NCBI GenBank assembly: GCA_963836235.1
Contig: CAWIIP010000004.1
Span: 256,001-320,000, forward strand
Direction of reading: 5' to 3'
Origin: an uncultured Pseudomonadota bacterium
Lineage (GTDB): Bacteria > Oederibacteriota > Muellerivitia > Muellerivitales > Muellerivitaceae
Length of the DNA: 64,000 nucleotides
Position numbers and translations under genes: made by a program. The notes under the pieces were generated by a model. That model had not been told where the DNA came from. It searched no databases and saw nothing but the letters and a program-made list of their open reading frames with translations. Of this stretch, positions 21,494-31,462 are shown piece by piece (position 1 is the first letter of the stretch; each line of letters begins with the position of its first letter).

Positions 21494-22269
21494 AAATGCC
21501 CCCTTTTTAAGGGTTTCATAAAGGCCATAATTCTAACGACCATAATTGCCGTGACTCGGATAGGATTATGGCCGTTATGGGAATGATTTGGCCGATAGAC
21601 GGACAGGGCTTGGCCCCTGTGCCGAAACCACCAGTTGAGGCACTAGCTTTGGGTGCGCCAGGCCATAGGTAAAAAAGGCACGGTGCTGTTCCGGTTGAGA
21701 ATGCGAGGGCTTTGTCTGACACTCCGTAGGCCAAGGCATTCTGTATAGCCCCCAAAGGGGATAGAATCAGATCGTTTCAAGAGGGCTTGGAACGAAATGG
21801 AAAATGGAAGCCAGGCACCTTTTTTTTACAACATGCAACGATTTACGTACTTAATGGGACGAACGCGTCCAGAGGCAGTGAACGCATAGATTTCAAGGAC
21901 TTTGGGGGCCAAGGAAAGGTTCTGGGAATAGCCAAGGGGAGATTCCGGGCCATAAATTTCCACGAATTCCCTTGGTGGAGTGTTGCAAACTGGTTTGAGG
22001 TGACCGTAAAGCCTTCAAAAAGGAATTTTTAGAGGTGCCCTTAATAGATAATTTTAAAAAAAAGATAAGAGATGCGTTGCATAAAGGCGAATAAAAAAGC
22101 TCTGCTCCTTTCTGGAGTCAAGGGGGCCAGACATATAGATTGTACTTTAGAAATTGCCCTCTCCCCCATGCGGTCCGATCTCGTTTTTCTTAGTTATTCT
22201 GGGCGTGTCATCTTGTTCATTCGGTAGGATAATCATCCAATTTTGAATCATCTTTAAAGCGATCTATAT

Positions 22270-23656
22270 ATGAGCCCTCAAGAAAAATCTAAAGCCGAAA
22301 ATGGAATTTTTGCCTCTTCGGAAAAATCCAAACGAACCATGAAATTTATACCTTTTATTTTTCTAGGGTATTTAGCATTTGCGAGTTGGGGAGTGTGGGT
22401 GATCTATGAAAGAGTTGGCGCCACCCCCAGGGTTATATTTCTTGTTTCCTTGAACGTTTTAATGTTTTTTTATTTATTCATAAGTATTTATGGTTTTAAG
22501 AATCGTCAAAGACGTTTTGAACTATCTTCTGACGGACTTACTTGTGTTGAGGGAAACGGGGAAAGAATAGTGGCTCCATGGGATCAGATTGGGCAGTTAA
22601 AGGAACCCATGGACGGAGGGGGCTTTAACTCTGTTTGACAAGGCTGGCAAGAAGATTTTCACCATTTCCACGATGCTAGTGGAGGGGTTTGAACAACTTA
22701 AAAATCGGGTTTATGACGAATTCGACAAAAGGAATCCCAAGTCTAATGCAAATGTTTTGGTTTATCCCATGGCTTCATCCGCTCGGACAATTTTCATGTT
22801 CGGCGGAGTCTTTTTTCTCCTTTTCTTTATTTTCACGGTTGCGGATGTTGTTTATGAGACCTTCCATCCATCATCCCATATTGCTCATCCATGGGTGATG
22901 CTGGGGATACTTTACGTTGGATGCCCTTTTTGGGCAGGGTGTGCTTATTACTGCCTCATTCATGGATTGAAAGTCAGCAAAAGTAAGATTGAACTGAGCG
23001 ACGCGGGGATTGCCCGTTTAGAAAAGGATGGCAGTAAGGTTTTTATCCGGTGGGATGATGTGGCGAGGCTGACGAAAAGGGAAAGGATGAAACAGATCGG
23101 GGTTTACGGCCTTTCTGACAACAAGAAAGTCATGGTCGACTTTCAATTTGAAAGGTTTGAACAAATTAGAGACAGGATTTTGAACGAGTTCGAGAAAAGA
23201 TTCAGACTTCCCTCCATGCCGGTGACTTATGGGTCCCTCCCGGTGTTTCCCAACTCTCTGCCTTTTTTATTCATCGCTACCTTCGTTGGCTTAATTATAT
23301 TGGCTTGGGTGAACGACACCCGGCACCAGACTTGGGCCTTTGTGTTCATTGAACTCATGCTTATAATTTTTTACGCGTTGATTCTTTACGGGGAATCCCG
23401 TCTTGTAAAAACTATCAGCTTGGACGGGCAAGGTTTGACGCTTTATAAGGTGTTCGGAAAAATATTCATTCCTTGGGACAAGTTGGTTGGAATCGATCAA
23501 GAATCTAAAATGGTTCAACATGGCCGGTACTTTCTAGTTAAATTAACTGCGATGGATGGGAAATCCTATCCCTTTGACGACCCCTTGGCCCGCCGACTTG
23601 AAATTTTTATTACCCTGAAAAAACTATTGGAAACGAAGAAAGCCAAGTCTGGTTAG
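22270..23656 (+). CDS. Multi-TM protein with repeated TM-pair plus bacterial PH-like modules; one frameshift at G-run 22618-22622
   Basis: Removing one G joins ...EPMDGG|ALTLFDKAGKK...MLVEGFE; three LS.DG(L/I)...W.. repeats. Confidence 0.65.
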
Positions 23657-23732
23657 AAAATTCCACAAGGGTAAAAAAAGTTATAAAATGCTTTTCCGGC
23701 GGTTTGCCAAAACACTTCGCGTGATGTACTCC

Positions 23733-23814
23733 ATGAGGATGGCGTACAGAATTTACTTATATTGGAAGTACTTCTTTGAGTTTTTCCCCGAAAACAACCC
23801 TGGGGTATACCGGA
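23733..23814 (+). repeat. 82-bp copy of the 5' end of the ParB-domain gene (repeat of 24817-24898)
   Basis: ATGAGGATGGCGTAC...GAGTTTTTCCCCGAAAACAA...GGGGTATACCGGA nearly identical at both sites. Confidence 0.9.
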
Positions 23815-23818
23815 TTAG

Positions 23819-24094
23819 TTACGAATGGTGGGAAATTCTTCCGTCGGCGACCTTATGAAGCACGCTGGAAATAAAGGTTTGGTAGGGAACGCCTTCCTCC
23901 ATCGCCTTGAGCTGGATGGCCTTTAGGTCGTATTCGGAAATCCGGATGTTGATACGCTGGTTTTTCTTGAGCGTCTCCCGGGCATAAGCCTCGTATTTCC
24001 TTTTTTCCCCGGAAAGGTTTTTAACGCTCTTCAGCTCGCCGGCCTCGTAGGCCCGGAGGATTTCCTGTTCGTCCTTGGTTAACTTATCTTTCAT
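23819..24094 (-). CDS. Antitoxin, CopG/BrnA-like
   Basis: RINIRISEYDL..I..KA.EEGVPYQT.ISS.LHK. Confidence 0.85.
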   Translation of the reverse strand: MKDKLTKDEQEILRAYEAGELKSVKNLSGEKRKYEAYARETLKKNQRINIRISEYDLKAIQLKAMEEGVPYQTFISSVLHKVADGRISHHS

Positions 24095-24155
24095 CTTGTC
24101 CACCCCTTTTCAGGTAACGTTGTAAGGCCTTTCGGCTTGGAATGATGGTGATGAG
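24084..24155 (-). pseudogene. C-terminal remnant of a BrnT-like toxin
   Basis: LITIIPSRKALQRYL... overlapping the antitoxin start; N-terminus missing. Confidence 0.6.
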
Positions 24156-24165
24156 CCTTTGGTTT

Positions 24166-24426
24166 TCACCGGTAAACTTCCCGCCGGTTGCCGATCTTAA
24201 CCACCATCACCGATTTTTCCTCATCGTTTATCGAATAGATCATCCGCCAATCGCCCTGTCGGAGCCGGTATCTTTCCTGGCCTTCCAGTTTTTCACAGCC
24301 GTGGGGCCTGGGCTGATGGGCCAAACTTTTCAGCTTTTCCACGATCTTTTGAATGTCCCGGGCCGGAATGGACCGGAGTTCTTTCTCGGCGCTTTTTTTA
24401 AGCGATACCTTATAGGAGTCCGTCAC
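24166..24426 (-). CDS. relE: RelE/ParE-family toxin
   Basis: SAEKEL..I, PRP.G.EKL.G, YRLRQGDWR.IY, KIGNRREVYR. Confidence 0.92.
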   Translation of the reverse strand: MTDSYKVSLKKSAEKELRSIPARDIQKIVEKLKSLAHQPRPHGCEKLEGQERYRLRQGDWRMIYSINDEEKSVMVVKIGNRREVYR

Positions 24427-24634
24427 GCTTAAGGTCTTTCAGGACGGATTCCAGGCTGCGGGAGGGTTCTTTGGAGCGTTTCTCAAAGGCCTCGTAGTCA
24501 GCCGCGTCTTCCCGCAGGGAAAATTTCAAAGCCTCATTCACCAGGTAAGAAAGGGTTTTTTCGGAATGGGCGGCCTTAATCTTCGCGGCCTTGAGAATTT
24601 TAGGATCCAAATAAAGGGTTGCTCTGGTATTCAT
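24410..24634 (-). CDS. Antitoxin (CopG/RHH family), cognate to relE
   Basis: RATLYLDP..LKAAKIKAA...LS.LVNEAL...EDA.D; overlaps the relE start. Confidence 0.85.
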   Translation of the reverse strand: MNTRATLYLDPKILKAAKIKAAHSEKTLSYLVNEALKFSLREDAADYEAFEKRSKEPSRSLESVLKDLKRDGLL

Positions 24635-24816
24635 GGAATCACCTCCAAAATCAAATTATCATCATGGTGTTATGACGTCAAGGCGTCATTTCCTGAAAAA
24701 TCAGATTTCTCCCGAGCATCGTCAGCCCGAATCAAAATCCCCATTTGCTCTTCAAAGCCATAATGAAAAAGTTATAAAATACGTCCTGCCAAATAGGATT
24801 CAATAAGGGATGAAAC

Positions 24817-26517
24817 ATGAGGATGGCGTACAAAGTTTACTTATATTGGAAGTACTTCTTTGAGTTTTTCCCCGAAAACAATCCGGGGGTATACCGGAAA
24901 AGTTTTACCTGCATGAGATGGGGCTTGGGGCTGTTTCTTCTTTTCGTTGCCACTTTTATTTGGCCAACGCCCAACTGGCTTTCCTTTGGTTTGCTTTGGG
25001 CCGCGAGGGTGGGGTTGGCTTGGCTGGCTTTTGGCATTGGCTATTTGGCCTTTCATTTCGGGAAGGCCTTGATAGAGGACATCCGGCAATATTACTCGCG
25101 GAAACGCCATAAAAAGTTGGATAAGACCCGCTTTTACGCCTCGCCGATGAAAAGCCACATCCGCCTTCCGGCGGCGGTGGAAGTTCCCATCGCCCGCATC
25201 CAGTTGGGTGAGCCGATTCGAAGATATATCAACCCCGATTCGGTCCAAAGGATGGCTCGTTCCTTGAGCCGGGAGGGGCTTCTCAAACCCATCAAGGTGC
25301 GGCCCCTGACGCCCGCGGAAAAGGCCAATGACCCGGAACACGACCACAAGCTGGTCGGCGGGCAGATAAGGGTTCTGGCGGCGCTTCAAATCGGATGGAC
25401 CCAAATCCGCGCCCATATCCTGGATCTGGGCCCGGATGATGAAGCCTACGAGGCTATATCCGATAACCGGCACCCCCTCACCATTTGGATCAATCAATAC
25501 GAGGAACTTTGGGAGGACATGAAGAAACATCCCACCCTGACGGCAAGGCGGGCGGCTGAGGCCAACGACATAGACCCGAGCGAGGTTGAGGCTTTGCTGG
25601 AGGCGCTGGACCTTTTGACGCCCAGGGCCCGCAAGAGAGTTCGGGAAAGCATCCTGAGCGAGGAGGAGGATTTTATGGAACTGCGCATGGAGCCGATTGA
25701 TAAACACGAGGCCATCGCCCTAGCGGGTTTGACCGGGCTTTGCCATGACCTGGACCTGACCCGGGAGCTGGTGGAAAGGGCCATCGAGGTGAGCATCAAG
25801 GAGGGGATGCAGGCGTTCCATATTTATAAATTAGTGGAATGGATCAAGCAGGGCTATTACCCGGAGGATTACGACAAAGAGAACAATGGCAAACCCCTGC
25901 AAAGTTGGAAGGAGCGGGACAGCGCTGAAGCCGAATGGATCAAACCCGCGGACGGTACGACGCTGACCGTGGCCCCCATCGTTGTCAGCCGGAAGCCCGC
26001 CGGGGAAGGCGAAGGGTCCGTGGGCGAGAGCGGGGGACGGGAGGAGCGAATACCCACGGAAAATATCCGTGAGTCACCCTACGACCAAAGGGTCGTCCAA
26101 GAAGGCGGGTTAAAATCTTACGTCCAATTCATCCACCGGTGCCTGAGGCTCAAGGGCTTGGGGACTTCCCGGAAGAACAATTATGAATGGGGCGCCAGGT
26201 CCGTCATGGCCTGGTACGACCCGGCTCAAAACCACCGGTTTCCTCTGTTTGACCCGGGGCCCGGAAGGATCGAGGAGCCGGTTTATGTTTTTTACATCAC
26301 GAAGGTCGGGGGAAAACCCCTGCGCTGGATCGCCGCGGCGGAGGTAGAGGATATTCTGCGGGGAAACCACATTCGAAGTGAGCCGTTTTGGAAGAAGGAT
26401 TACACCGAATATGTTCAGGCAGGCATCTTGGACCGGCTGGACAAACCGGAGGGCGTCTGGGCCGGGGGCTCCTGCGGTTTCGTGAAGGTTGTTTATGAGG
26501 ATGAAAAAAAACCATGA
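24817..26517 (+). CDS. Membrane-anchored ParB/Srx-domain protein
   Basis: Two N-terminal TM helices; ...PIRRYINPDSV..MARSL..EGLLKPIKVRP...LVGGQIR..AA..IGW..I.A. Confidence 0.7.
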   Translation: MRMAYKVYLYWKYFFEFFPENNPGVYRKSFTCMRWGLGLFLLFVATFIWPTPNWLSFGLLWAARVGLAWLAFGIGYLAFHFGKALIEDIRQYYSRKRHKKLDKTRFYASPMKSHIRLPAAVEVPIARIQLGEPIRRYINPDSVQRMARSLSREGLLKPIKVRPLTPAEKANDPEHDHKLVGGQIRVLAALQIGWTQIRAHILDLGPDDEAYEAISDNRHPLTIWINQYEELWEDMKKHPTLTARRAAEANDIDPSEVEALLEALDLLTPRARKRVRESILSEEEDFMELRMEPIDKHEAIALAGLTGLCHDLDLTRELVERAIEVSIKEGMQAFHIYKLVEWIKQGYYPEDYDKENNGKPLQSWKERDSAEAEWIKPADGTTLTVAPIVVSRKPAGEGEGSVGESGGREERIPTENIRESPYDQRVVQEGGLKSYVQFIHRCLRLKGLGTSRKNNYEWGARSVMAWYDPAQNHRFPLFDPGPGRIEEPVYVFYITKVGGKPLRWIAAAEVEDILRGNHIRSEPFWKKDYTEYVQAGILDRLDKPEGVWAGGSCGFVKVVYEDEKKP

Positions 26518-26542
26518 GGCGTCTTCGATCAGGCAATAGCTT

Positions 26543-26607
26543 AAACAAAAAAGGCCGGACCCCCAAAGGAGACCGGCTTTTTGTTCCTAAACTTTAGTAC
26601 ATCAGCC
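26543..26607. repeat. Copy of the 3' end plus terminator of the cyc2-like gene (repeat of 26969-27033)
   Basis: AAACAAAAAAGGCCGGACCCCCAA...CCGGC.TTT...TAAACTTTAGTACATCAGCC at both sites. Confidence 0.85.
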
Positions 26608-26687
26608 GGCGCGGGTCGCGCCGTTGGAACTGGCGGAATATTGATTATTTGCCGTTTCTACGGCAATATCGCAAAAAGGAGGCAACC

Positions 26688-26957
26688 ATGAACGCTTCAC
26701 TGAAGACCACCTTGCGCCTGGACGGGGAACTGTTAAGGCGGGCGAAAAAGTACGCCATCGAGAGGGACGAGTCGCTGGGAGAAGTGATTGAACAGTCCTT
26801 ACAACTTTTTTTAAAGCAAAAGGGGGTCATGGCAAGGCCGGGAGACTCCCATTTTTACCGCTGGGCGGAAACCTTGGCCAAGAAGAAAGGTTTTTCACAC
26901 CTTAAGGAAGCCGATGTCGTCAGGCTCGTTAGGGAAAGCCGCGAAGGGGTCAGGTAA
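26688..26957 (+). CDS. Orphan RHH antitoxin-like protein
   Basis: AGGAGG RBS; KTTLRLDGELLRRAKKYAI...SLGEVIE. Confidence 0.7.
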   Translation: MNASLKTTLRLDGELLRRAKKYAIERDESLGEVIEQSLQLFLKQKGVMARPGDSHFYRWAETLAKKKGFSHLKEADVVRLVRESREGVR

Positions 26958-26968
26958 CATCTTGAGGC

Positions 26969-27010
26969 AAACAAAAAAGGCCGGACCCCCAACAGGGCCC
27001 GGCCTTTTCT
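26969..27010 (-). terminator. Intrinsic terminator of the Cu/Cyc2 operon
   Basis: AAAAGGCCGG-loop-CCGGCCTTTT. Confidence 0.8.
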
Positions 27011-27019
27011 TCTTAAACT

Positions 27020-28393
27020 TTAGTACATCAGCCAAGCCACGACCGACAGGGTATTGTTGTCGGTGGCTTGATCGCCCGCCGCGTCGTAAACACCCGTCGA
27101 GCCGGAGAATTTAGTGAAGTAAATGTATTGAAGGCCCAATTTAGTGTTGTACCAGGGGACGAAATTAAGCTCGGTAATGAAACCCTGGGTATCGGGGGTG
27201 TTGGTGAGATTGCCCGCGTAAGTCATCGCGTCCGCCGAGCCGGTGGTGGAGAAATAACCCAAGCTCAGGCCGATCTTGCGGTCGTAATAATAAGTCGCGT
27301 CCAACTTGACCGCTGTCAGGGTATCGGTGGGGTTGGCGGTGGCTTGAAGGTATCCGTTGGTGTAATCCAAGGTCTGGTTCTCCCAAATGGCTGACCCCTT
27401 CAAGGTGAAGCAATTTTGCTGGCTCACGTACTGGTATTGGGCATCGATTCCAAGGTCGTTAAAGTGGTCCTGGGGCCCCACGATCGGGTTGCCATCGGGA
27501 ATGGAGTGCTCATCCAGGCCGAAAAGGCCGACTTCCACCGAGTTTTTATCAAAATCCTTGGTCAAGGCCACCCGGTAATAGGGAGTAAATCCCTGGATGG
27601 CGTTATAGCTGTTCACCGCGGCTCCGCTAAAACCCTGGGGTGCCGAACGGTAGGCGCAAATTTCAGCGTAAAGAAGCTGGTTCCAGAAAACATAGCCTCC
27701 CAAGCCGCCGACGTTGGTGCCAAGACTTTCCACCTGGGTGCTGGCAAGCGGGGTTTGGGCCGAGTGCCCGGTGAAATAGGGGAAGGACCAGGCCGGGACG
27801 GTATTGAAGACGTCTTGGACGGTCGGATTATTATTGGCGGTCAATCCGTAAACCAAGTCCGTGTTGGCCACCTGGATTCGGTCCGCGAACCTGATGTCGG
27901 TGTTATCCGCGCCCAGGGTCCCTGAGGCGGAATCGTAAGTGACCTGGACGAAGGCTCCCATTTGGGGGGAAATCCTACCCGCGTAAAAGAGGCTGAATTG
28001 GGAAGGAAATTCCAAACTGCCGCTCTTGTCCGAGGCCATATCGGCGGTCCCGGGACCACCGGCGGAAGCGGAACCGGCTAAAGCCGGATTCTTCACGAAG
28101 ACATCGGCGACCTGGAGCATGGCGGCCAGGGGCGGGGTGTTGTTGATCTCCAGACGGGTCCCGTCGGCATCCGAGGCGTCCTTCAATTCGTCGGTGTTCG
28201 TGGTGGTATAGCCGTTGAGCTTGAAGGTTCTCCCGTAGGTCGTCAATTCCGGGAAAATGGTATGGCAAGCCGAGCAGGACATTCCTGTCTGCCGGGCGAA
28301 GCTGGGAAGGGCTTGGGCTGTTGGGGCCAGTCCCGCCATACACAGGGCCATCAGGGCGGCTCCAGTCCAAATTTTTACCGATGTGATACGCAT
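27020..28393 (-). CDS. cyc2: Cyc2-type outer-membrane cytochrome c-porin fusion (copy A)
   Basis: Signal peptide then ALPSFARQTGMSCSACHTIFPELTTYGRTFKLNGY, closely matching the Cyc2 N-terminal signature; beta-barrel body; terminal aromatic residue. Confidence 0.85.
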   Translation of the reverse strand: MRITSVKIWTGAALMALCMAGLAPTAQALPSFARQTGMSCSACHTIFPELTTYGRTFKLNGYTTTNTDELKDASDADGTRLEINNTPPLAAMLQVADVFVKNPALAGSASAGGPGTADMASDKSGSLEFPSQFSLFYAGRISPQMGAFVQVTYDSASGTLGADNTDIRFADRIQVANTDLVYGLTANNNPTVQDVFNTVPAWSFPYFTGHSAQTPLASTQVESLGTNVGGLGGYVFWNQLLYAEICAYRSAPQGFSGAAVNSYNAIQGFTPYYRVALTKDFDKNSVEVGLFGLDEHSIPDGNPIVGPQDHFNDLGIDAQYQYVSQQNCFTLKGSAIWENQTLDYTNGYLQATANPTDTLTAVKLDATYYYDRKIGLSLGYFSTTGSADAMTYAGNLTNTPDTQGFITELNFVPWYNTKLGLQYIYFTKFSGSTGVYDAAGDQATDNNTLSVVAWLMY

Positions 28394-28476
28394 GTCACCA
28401 CCTCCAAGGTTTTTATTCAACCGACTTTTCCGAATTACTTGTTCATTGACGCGCCACCCGCGCCCGGTCCCTGCTT

Positions 28477-29448
28477 TTAATTTCCCCAGCCCGTATGTTC
28501 CTCGAACTTCTGCTGGGAGATTAAATAAGCGATGATGGAATTCATTTGATCGAGGTCCAGGTTATCCCTCCAACTGGGCATGAAGAGCGGAGGTTCGGGC
28601 CCGTTGGGATCGGCTTTCAAGGGAGGGCTTCCGCCTTGGATGGTCTTTACGACTGATTTATAACTGGCTATTACGAGAGTGGGGTCGGATATACCTTCCG
28701 CGGTTTTAATCTGGTCTGGGTCCTGGTTTTTCTCCAACACTTTCGTGAAGGCCTCCACTTCATCCTTGTTTTGAAGATTTATTTTCGAGGCCAGGGTGTT
28801 CAAGGCCGGGACCGTGCCCCGGGCATAGTTGAAATTGGGGACCCCGCCTGCCCCTTCCACTCCGTGGCAGGTGACGCAACCACGGGTTTGAAAGAGGAAA
28901 TGGCCCTTTTGGGTGATGTCCACGAAAGAAGGCAGGGGGGAGGTCATGGACCCCATCATGCAAAGGGGCTCGTTAATAATGGGGGCGGTTTTGGTGTCGA
29001 TGTCCTTCCCGACGGCCACCAAGCCTCTCATATTCAGCATGTGGAAATGGCAGTCTCCGCAAACGGCGGTGCAGTAATAGGGATAAACCCCCTCGTTTTT
29101 CGCCTGGAAGTTCACCACTTCGGTATGACCGGGAATCAACTCGATGGGGCCGATCCCCATTTCGGGCATATAAAAGCGGTGGACGACGTCGGCGCTGCGA
29201 AGGATAAGGTGGACTTGCTCGCCCGCCTTGAGCCGGATTTCGGCGGGTTTGAAATCACCCATCCAATAGTTGAATCCCGTGACATCATCCTCGGTCCAAA
29301 TGCCTTTCGTCGCGATTCCGGTTAATACGATGGTCTTGGCGTTTTTTTGGCTCTCCATCCTTTGTTTTTGATAACCAAAGGGGATGGCGAAGGCGCCCAC
29401 CACGGCTGCCACGGCAAGGACGCTGGAGATTATTTCCCTGATTTTCAT
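28477..29448 (-). CDS. Membrane-anchored CuA-cupredoxin plus monoheme cytochrome c fusion
   Basis: DVVHRF...CTAVCGDCHFHM (CuA H..C-x3-C-x3-H-x2-M) and CVTCH. Confidence 0.85.
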   Translation of the reverse strand: MKIREIISSVLAVAAVVGAFAIPFGYQKQRMESQKNAKTIVLTGIATKGIWTEDDVTGFNYWMGDFKPAEIRLKAGEQVHLILRSADVVHRFYMPEMGIGPIELIPGHTEVVNFQAKNEGVYPYYCTAVCGDCHFHMLNMRGLVAVGKDIDTKTAPIINEPLCMMGSMTSPLPSFVDITQKGHFLFQTRGCVTCHGVEGAGGVPNFNYARGTVPALNTLASKINLQNKDEVEAFTKVLEKNQDPDQIKTAEGISDPTLVIASYKSVVKTIQGGSPPLKADPNGPEPPLFMPSWRDNLDLDQMNSIIAYLISQQKFEEHTGWGN

Positions 29449-29463
29449 TACGATCCTCCTGGT

Positions 29464-30984
29464 TCAGTTCACGTAAAGTTGGATGAATAACAAAACAATG
29501 GCGGTGTAGAAAATGGCCATGGGGGCGGCGAACCGCACCTTGGCTTTGGCGTCCTCATAAACCTTACCGGCTTGTTTGAAGGTGGATTTCAAGGTCAAAA
29601 TCAGTCCCAAGGCCATGATGGCCACCTGAATCGTGGGCATCAATTGGGGAACGATGGGGGACCAGGGAGTATGGGCCGTGTGGAAAAGATCCCAACCCCA
29701 GCCAAAGGGATCGGACATGGTGACCAGGATATAGCTGCCGTTGATGAAGATGAGCGGCAGGCTGAAGGCGATCCAGGCCAAGAGTCCCAGGGGCACCAGG
29801 GGATAGGCCATGAGAAGGAAGGATTCCTTCCAGGGCTTGGGAGGAGCCCCCGCCACCCGGCGGGCCAACCAATGGAAAGCCGAAAAGATGGTGGGGATGA
29901 TCACCATGGGAAGGGCCCATAAGCAAAGGGCATAGCCGATGAAATAGGGAAGGCCCTTGCCGCTTTCGGTGAAATTGGCCACGTCCTTGAAGAATCCCCA
30001 GGGGCCCAGGTAAATGACGCTGTAAGCCAGGGCCAGGGCCAGCATGATGAAGGCCTTCCAGGCTTCGTCGTAGCCTTTCAGTTTGGTGTCGGTGGCGAAG
30101 GGGCGCAGACGCACCGTCATGTTGTCGTGGGGACAAGACTTGATGCATTCCATGCACATGCCGCAGTAGTTGTTTCGCTCCATTTTGCTGGGGAAGTTGA
30201 ACCAGGGGCAGCCCCAGCCCCGCTCGCTGCCCACCAGACAGCTCTTGTCATGGCATTTCAGGCAAACATCCGCGTCCTTGGACCGGACCTCGACCGTTGA
30301 GGTCATGGCATAGAGGCTTAGAAAACCCGAGACCGGACAGACGTAATTGCAAAAGGCCCTCTGCCGGAAGACCACGTGCAGGATGGTGGCGACCACGATG
30401 AGGGTGCCCAATACCACCACGCTGACGATGGGCCGGGTGAGGTAAAAGGCGCTGAAGGTGCAAAGAAGCAGGAAGCTGATGTTTTGCATCCAGATGTTGG
30501 AAAGGGCTTTGGGCCAGCGCAGGTTCCAGCCGAAATAACGGTTGATGCCCACCTTGGTGCCTCGGGCGCCAGGGGTGGCCATCTTAGGGGTGGTGAGTGA
30601 CCCCCGTTGAATCCATTCCCCGAAAAAAGGAAAGGGACAGACGGTGCACCATATGCGCGAAAGGAAAGGGACCAGCGCGCTGATGAGAAGGAACCACCAG
30701 AAGATCCACACGAAAACGATGAGGATATTCCGGTTGCCGACAGGCGTGCCCCAAATCCCCGCCGCCAAAAAGACGAGGAACAAAAACAGGTTGGGCAGGA
30801 TGAGGGCGAATTGGAACCAACGTTGTTTGACCAGCCACTTGAGCGGGGGAAAGGCTTTTAACAGGTCAAATCGCCAGCCCTCCGGGGGGGGTGGAGGAGT
30901 TAAAGGCGTTGGAAGGGATCGGGAGACCTGAACAGGATTTGGGACCGGCTGGGAAATTGGATTGGGATTTATCGCTTCGCTCAT
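29464..30984 (-). CDS. Polytopic 4Fe-4S membrane protein (NapH/NosH-like)
   Basis: WCTVCP, FCNYVCP, CLKC..KSC, CGMCMECIKSCP; many TM helices. Confidence 0.85.
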   Translation of the reverse strand: MSEAINPNPISQPVPNPVQVSRSLPTPLTPPPPPEGWRFDLLKAFPPLKWLVKQRWFQFALILPNLFLFLVFLAAGIWGTPVGNRNILIVFVWIFWWFLLISALVPFLSRIWCTVCPFPFFGEWIQRGSLTTPKMATPGARGTKVGINRYFGWNLRWPKALSNIWMQNISFLLLCTFSAFYLTRPIVSVVVLGTLIVVATILHVVFRQRAFCNYVCPVSGFLSLYAMTSTVEVRSKDADVCLKCHDKSCLVGSERGWGCPWFNFPSKMERNNYCGMCMECIKSCPHDNMTVRLRPFATDTKLKGYDEAWKAFIMLALALAYSVIYLGPWGFFKDVANFTESGKGLPYFIGYALCLWALPMVIIPTIFSAFHWLARRVAGAPPKPWKESFLLMAYPLVPLGLLAWIAFSLPLIFINGSYILVTMSDPFGWGWDLFHTAHTPWSPIVPQLMPTIQVAIMALGLILTLKSTFKQAGKVYEDAKAKVRFAAPMAIFYTAIVLLFIQLYVN

Positions 30985-30994
30985 GTTCTCTCTC

Positions 30995-31462
30995 CTACTT
31001 TATTTTCTTTTCCAACCAAGAAGCGTGATCGCCTTCCAAAGCGGCTAGATCCTTGAAAAGAGAGGCCAGTTCCTTGTCGTTCACGGTTTTCATCGCCTTT
31101 TCGTAAAAACTCTTCGCTCTTTTTTCCGCCTCGTAAGCCAACTGGTAAACCTGTTTGGCTTTCAAACTATCGAAAATCAGGTGCTCGGAGTCGTCCATGT
31201 CAAAGGCCTCAACCACTTCTTCCACGTCGAAATTATCGACCTCGGGAACGGGGCCCTTGAACAGCTTCTGGAATTTGGACTGGAGGAGTTCCTCGTGGCT
31301 GCTTTCTTCCTGCGACATTTCCTCGAAGTTCCGGGAAACCTCATCGTCATAACCGTCGAACATCTCCGAGAAGTTGTGCAAGGCTTTTTGGTTGGACCTT
31401 TCGATGGAGATGGCCAGGGCCAACACTTCCTTCGGGGAAAGGTCCTGTAGTTTCCTTTTCAT
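30995..31462 (-). CDS. Rubrerythrin/ferritin-like di-iron protein
   Basis: LALAISIE, EE..H, AYEAE....FY, LE.DH. Confidence 0.85.
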   Translation of the reverse strand: MKRKLQDLSPKEVLALAISIERSNQKALHNFSEMFDGYDDEVSRNFEEMSQEESSHEELLQSKFQKLFKGPVPEVDNFDVEEVVEAFDMDDSEHLIFDSLKAKQVYQLAYEAEKRAKSFYEKAMKTVNDKELASLFKDLAALEGDHASWLEKKIK

